Positions 59,680 to 64,000 of a DNA stretch of 64,000 nucleotides are shown here, one piece after another. How positions within the stretch are numbered: the stretch's first letter is position 1; each line of letters opens with the position of its first letter. The DNA comes from Rubripirellula sp. (GTDB lineage: Bacteria; Planctomycetota; Planctomycetia; Pirellulales; Pirellulaceae), in contig OZ244207.1 of the NCBI GenBank assembly GCA_965216875.1, forward strand, positions 6,368,001 through 6,432,000. The letters run 5' to 3'. Both the position numbers and the translations under genes were made by a program. A model generated the notes under the pieces. The model saw only the letters and a list, made by a program, of their open reading frames with translations, had not been told where the DNA came from and ran no database searches.

Positions 59680-60108
59680 ATGGATGGCCACCCAAGAACT
59701 CCGATCTTTCTCGTACTTGCCCTGCTTCTGATGCAGGTTGGCTGCGTTGCGCTCAACATTCCCAGCGAGCGGCTGCATGACCCCACCGACAATGGTGGCA
59801 TTCTCGGCCCTTGGCGCAAGGCTCATATCAAACAGGCGCATCACGAGTCGGCAGAGGTTGCGGTGATGCATGTCGGTGATGACCGAGTGGGTTTGGCACA
59901 CTCCGCATCGGTTGAGATCGGTGCAGGCGTACATGGTCATGTATCGGACGCACATTGCACGAGCAGTTTTTGCGAGACCGACTGCCTCGGCGGCCCATTG
60001 GAAGAGGATCCCTTCGGCGACGAAAAGAAGCCAGCTCCTCCCGAGATCCCATGGCCGAGGTTCCATCCAGTACCAACCCGTCCCATCTTCGGCGTCCCCG
60101 CGCACTAG
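59680..60108 (+). CDS. Putative His/Cys-rich lipoprotein
   Basis: GGAG ribosome-binding site, hydrophobic leader ending LMQVG-C, His-rich middle, C-terminal PWPRFHPVPTRPIF. Confidence 0.65.
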   Translation: MDGHPRTPIFLVLALLLMQVGCVALNIPSERLHDPTDNGGILGPWRKAHIKQAHHESAEVAVMHVGDDRVGLAHSASVEIGAGVHGHVSDAHCTSSFCETDCLGGPLEEDPFGDEKKPAPPEIPWPRFHPVPTRPIFGVPAH

Positions 60109-60580
60109 GGGACAGGCACCCATTGCTAGCTTCCCAATAGGGGACAGGCACCTCTTTCCCATCTCGGGAATGCCTGTGAGCCGCTGGCCGTGAGGCTTCG
60201 GGCCCTTGCACTCACGCACCCAAGCAAGTCTCCCGCCGCATACGCGAGTCCCGGCTCATTTGAGCTCGGCGCGCAAGGGGACAGGCACCCATTGCTAGCT
60301 TCCCAATAGGGGACAGACACTTTTTTCCATCTCAGGAAGTGCCCGTGAGCCGCTGGCCGTGATGCACCCAAGCAAGTCTCCCGCCGCATACGCGAGTCCC
60401 GGTTCATTTGAGCTCGTCGCGCAAGGGGACAGGCACCTAAGAGACAAGTGCCTGTCCCCAGCGCAAGGCTCCTCACCAAACTCAGTTTGGTGTCTGTCCC
60501 CGTTGTGCTCGCGCAAAGCTAGCAATAGGTGCCTGTCCCCTGGTCTGGACGCGTGAAGCTAGCAATGGGTGCCTGTCCCC
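60108..60580. repeat. Cluster of nine GGGGACAG(G/A)CAC repeats (family F) within a tandem duplication
   Basis: Forward copies at 60108, 60140, 60277, 60309 and 60425; reverse copies ending at 60459, 60501, 60540 and 60580; duplicated units of 169 and 148 bp. Confidence 0.92.
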
Positions 60581-60830
60581 TTTGTGGGTGGAAAAGTCGG
60601 GGGGTTTTGGCGATTCGCTTCAAGCTGGCATCGCTTCGAGGGCGGTTTTGGACGCGGCTCGGTCCCTTGCTGTTAATCCTGGCAAACCTTGCGGCGCGCA
60701 GTGTCGTGCCATCAAGCCGAACGTCCGATTGTTCCGATGCAAAGGGCCGTACCGGTGATCCGGACTGTAGACGACGGAACCCGTGATTTCGTCGAAGCCG
60801 TACGACCGATTGTTTCGGGTTCGGGAATTT

Positions 60831-62234
60831 ATGCGACTGAAGATCCAAGTTTCCCGCACCGTTGGCCCACTGATCGCAGTCAGCCTGTTCGTTCTTGGTG
60901 CTCTGTCCCCCGCGGCAGCACAAGCACCTACTGGACGTGTGTCTGACCTTCGCGAGACTCCAACTGTGCTCGCCATTCGCCGTGCCTCACCCGCCGTGGT
61001 CAATATCCACGGTCAAAAGACGGTGAGGTCGACCGCTGCTGGAATGGCAGGGGCTACCGGCCCTGATTCGTTTCGACAAGTCAACGGCATGGGAACCGGG
61101 GTCATCATCGATCCGCGGGGCTATGTCATCACCAACTACCACGTTGTTGAAGACGTGGAAGATATCCGCGTGACGCTTCACGACGGCGAAACCACTTCCG
61201 CCGATTTGATTGCATCTCGCATCCGTAGCGATCTGGCGCTCATCAAAATCAACAGCGATCAACAACTGCCCATCATCCCCCGTGGAACGAGCAGTGACTT
61301 GATGGTGGGCGAAACCGTGATCGCGATCGGCAATGCATTCGGATATGTGCATACCGCGACCGAAGGCATCATCAGTGCCCTGCATCGCGATGTTCCTGTC
61401 AACGAAACGCAAGACTACCTCGATCTGATTCAAATCAGTGCTGGCATCAATCCTGGTAACTCAGGCGGCCCGTTACTGAACATTGAAGGTGACATGATCG
61501 GTGTGAACGTTGCCGTTCGCGTTGGTGCCCAGCAAATCGCGTTTGCGATTCCCATCGACCAAGTCGTTGAGATCGTGACCGACATGATTGAGCAACATAA
61601 CGAAAACCGAATGAACATCGGCTTGCGAGCCAACGGCGGACCCCGCGACGGTGATGGCGTGACCGTTGCCCATGTCTCCGCTAGCAGCCCTGCCGCTCGG
61701 GAAGGCCTGAAGCCGGGTGACCGCGTGGTCCGCGTTGGTTCGCAACCAGTGGATGATCGATTGGATCTCGCACTGCAGATGTTGGAAATCAATCCCGGCC
61801 AGCCTCTTCGATTCGCCATTCAACGCGAAGGCGAAATGTTCGAATTGGCGATGCAAGTGGGTAACTCGTCGACCGCCAGTCGCGCCACCGTCTCGGACCT
61901 CGCTTGGCAAGTCCTTGGCGTTCAAGCGAAGGTGGTCGCGGACTCAACCATGCGACGGCTCAATAGCCGCATGCGAACCAAGTACCGCGGTGGACTCTAC
62001 ATCACCTCAGTGCGTGCCGGTTCGGCTGCGGATGAACAAGGCATCGTTGCCGGTGACGTCCTGCTGGGGATTCACGGATGGCAAACTTCGTCGATGAAAG
62101 ACTTGGCTGGAATCTTGGAGCATCCCGATATTCGTCGCGGACCGCGGGCCAAGTTCTACATCATCCGACGCGACCAAACGCTTTTCGGTCATTTCCAGCT
62201 TGCCGCTCAACCTGGAAGCACGACTCGCCGCTAA
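60831..62234 (+). CDS. HtrA/DegP-like serine protease with two PDZ domains
   Basis: Signal peptide, SPAVVNI, GTGVII, TNYHVV, SDLALIKI, INPGNSGGPL, two SPA/SAA...GD PDZ units. Confidence 0.95.
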   Translation: MRLKIQVSRTVGPLIAVSLFVLGALSPAAAQAPTGRVSDLRETPTVLAIRRASPAVVNIHGQKTVRSTAAGMAGATGPDSFRQVNGMGTGVIIDPRGYVITNYHVVEDVEDIRVTLHDGETTSADLIASRIRSDLALIKINSDQQLPIIPRGTSSDLMVGETVIAIGNAFGYVHTATEGIISALHRDVPVNETQDYLDLIQISAGINPGNSGGPLLNIEGDMIGVNVAVRVGAQQIAFAIPIDQVVEIVTDMIEQHNENRMNIGLRANGGPRDGDGVTVAHVSASSPAAREGLKPGDRVVRVGSQPVDDRLDLALQMLEINPGQPLRFAIQREGEMFELAMQVGNSSTASRATVSDLAWQVLGVQAKVVADSTMRRLNSRMRTKYRGGLYITSVRAGSAADEQGIVAGDVLLGIHGWQTSSMKDLAGILEHPDIRRGPRAKFYIIRRDQTLFGHFQLAAQPGSTTRR

Positions 62235-62494
62235 GACAACTCGTCACTTTCGCGAGGTTGGACGTTGTAAGGACTGAGCAGCTCTTGTTTGCTCTGTCTC
62301 GTGGAATCACCGCGCACGTCCCGGGGTAGACTCACGTTCGGACTGCACGCCCGCAGCACCGAGTTTGCCGACCCAGCCGGGACGCAAGCGCGCACTCGTT
62401 CGCTCGCGTATGGATGGCATGCCGTCATTCAAGAATCCTCGCCGCGAATCATGAATCGACGACCTCTGACATCCCAACCATCAAATGCTTGGGA

Positions 62495-63088
62495 CTACCA
62501 AGTCCGAGCTGATTCGTAGGCACTGATCTTCTCTTCGTGCTGCAGCGTCAGCGCGATGTCATCTAGACCGTGAAGAAGGTTGTGGCGGCGACTCGAATCG
62601 ACTTCGAACGATCGTTCCCAGCCGGTCGAATCGCTTACCTTTTGGCTCTCCAGGTCAACGGTCAACTGGTAGGGCTCGTTCTCTTCAGCACGCTTAAAGA
62701 TTTCGTCAATGTCTTCTTCAGTAAGCGTGATTGGCAGAACACCGTTCTTGAAACAGTTGTTGAAGAAGATGTCTGCAAACGATGGAGCGATCACGCTGCG
62801 AAAGCCGTAATCGTCGAGTGCCCACACGGCATGTTCGCGGCTACTGCCGCTGCCGAAGTTTTTACGTGCCACCAGAATCGAGGCTTCCGAAAGGGCTGGC
62901 TTGTTGAGTTCAAAGTCAGCGTTCGGCGTTGTCCCGTCATCCTCAAAACGCCAATCGTAAAACAGGAACTGGCCGAAACCAGTTCTTTCGATGCGTTTGA
63001 GAAACTGCTTCGGGATGATCTGGTCCGTATCGACGTTGGCGCGGTCAAGCGTGGCGATGGTGCCGGTATGAGTGGTAAAGCTTTGCAT
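62495..63088 (-). CDS. leuD: 3-isopropylmalate dehydratase small subunit
   Basis: [50 protein letters not shown]. Confidence 0.98.
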   Translation of the reverse strand: MQSFTTHTGTIATLDRANVDTDQIIPKQFLKRIERTGFGQFLFYDWRFEDDGTTPNADFELNKPALSEASILVARKNFGSGSSREHAVWALDDYGFRSVIAPSFADIFFNNCFKNGVLPITLTEEDIDEIFKRAEENEPYQLTVDLESQKVSDSTGWERSFEVDSSRRHNLLHGLDDIALTLQHEEKISAYESARTW

Positions 63089-63158
63089 GGATCGACGCGA
63101 GCGATAAAGGTTGGGTGCGGATGGTCGTTGGTTGCCAGCTGGTGACTTGAATTCTTAG

Positions 63159-64000
63159 TTACTTGTAAGTCCAGCCACGAATGTCAACAAAGTGGCCTTC
63201 GATAGCAGCGGCGGCGGCCATCGCGGGGCTGACCAAGTGAGTCCGGCCGCCTTTGCCTTGACGTCCTTCAAAGTTGCGATTGCTGGTGCTGGCACAGCGT
63301 TCGCCCGGTGCGAGTTTGTCTGGGTTCATTGCCAAACACATGCTGCAACCCGCTTCACGCCAATCAAAGCCGGCTTCACGGAAGATCTGGTCGAGGCCTT
63401 CTTGTTCGGCTTGTTTCTTCACTTGGCCACTTCCAGGAACCACCATCGCGTTGACGCTTGAGCTGACGCGGTGACCCTTCAAGACTGCAGCAGCGGCACG
63501 CAAGTCTTCGATGCGGGCGTTGGTGCATGAACCGATGAAGACGCGATCGATCGAAACGTCTTCGATGGGTGTCTTGGCTGACAGGCCCATGTAGTCGAGC
63601 GCGTCGCTGGTCGACTTGCGTTCGGTTGCATCCTCGAAGTCATCAGGGTTTGGAATCGATTCGCTGATGCCGCGGACTTGTCCCGGGTTCGTTCCCCAAG
63701 TGACTTGAGGTTCGATGTCTTGCCCTTGATAGACATTCGATTTGTCGTAGGTTGCACCGGCATCGGTCGACAGGTGTTTCCAACGCTCGACGGCTGCGTC
63801 AAAGTCCTTGGGGACTTCGGGAAGACCGCGCAGGTAATCGAAGGTTGTTTGATCGGGGGCGATCATTCCAGCCCGAGCGCCTGCTTCGATCGACATGTTG
63901 CAAACGGTCATCCGTTCTTCCATGGTCAAGTTGCGGACGCAATCGCCGGTGTACTCAAGCACATAGCCCGTTCCACCAGCTGTTCCGATTTGACCGATCA
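63159..64000 (-). CDS. leuC: 3-isopropylmalate dehydratase large subunit (5'-truncated by window edge)
   Basis: [61 protein letters not shown]; adjacent to leuD. Confidence 0.98.
   Translation of the reverse strand, partial: IGQIGTAGGTGYVLEYTGDCVRNLTMEERMTVCNMSIEAGARAGMIAPDQTTFDYLRGLPEVPKDFDAAVERWKHLSTDAGATYDKSNVYQGQDIEPQVTWGTNPGQVRGISESIPNPDDFEDATERKSTSDALDYMGLSAKTPIEDVSIDRVFIGSCTNARIEDLRAAAAVLKGHRVSSSVNAMVVPGSGQVKKQAEQEGLDQIFREAGFDWREAGCSMCLAMNPDKLAPGERCASTSNRNFEGRQGKGGRTHLVSPAMAAAAAIEGHFVDIRGWTYK

Noticed and set aside
60108..60580. Possible CRISPR array
   Set aside because: The core repeat is only about 12 bp, occurs in both orientations, has irregular and duplicated spacers, and there are no cas genes.

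Overview
A gene-dense, GC-rich bacterial chromosomal segment, very probably from a planctomycete of the Pirellulaceae type. This is inferred from two giant secreted proteins carrying the planctomycete ExLExRxLL N-terminal motif, a Cys-rich-leader outer-membrane beta-barrel and a secretin-N-only protein. The window runs from a 5'-truncated glgC to a 5'-truncated leuC. It holds housekeeping genes (glgC, epmA, ThiF/MoeB-like, clpC, hrpA, S41 and HtrA proteases, leuCD), five transporters (POT, two MmpL/RND, SLC13-TrkA-C, SSS with a DUF3311-like partner) and a 22-kb minus-strand block of exported/surface proteins (2077-aa LTD/CotH protein, lone CBM9, beta-barrel, 3883-aa adhesin-like protein, NPF-tailed protein). 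I saw no rRNA, tRNA, CRISPR array, transposase or integrase. Most notable: (1) an SF1/IGHMBP2-like helicase that lacks its Walker A region, apparently through an in-frame deletion; (2) at least six distinct families of intergenic palindromic REP-like repeats plus one 9-mer tandem repeat, including nested and tandemly duplicated composites, with no mobiliser in the window; (3) a JmjC/cupin-like protein with its metal ligands substituted, next to a tetraheme cytochrome, a barrel-less secretin and an MmpL. All calls come from reading motifs by eye; no database search was run, and I cannot confirm that any of this is a new system.
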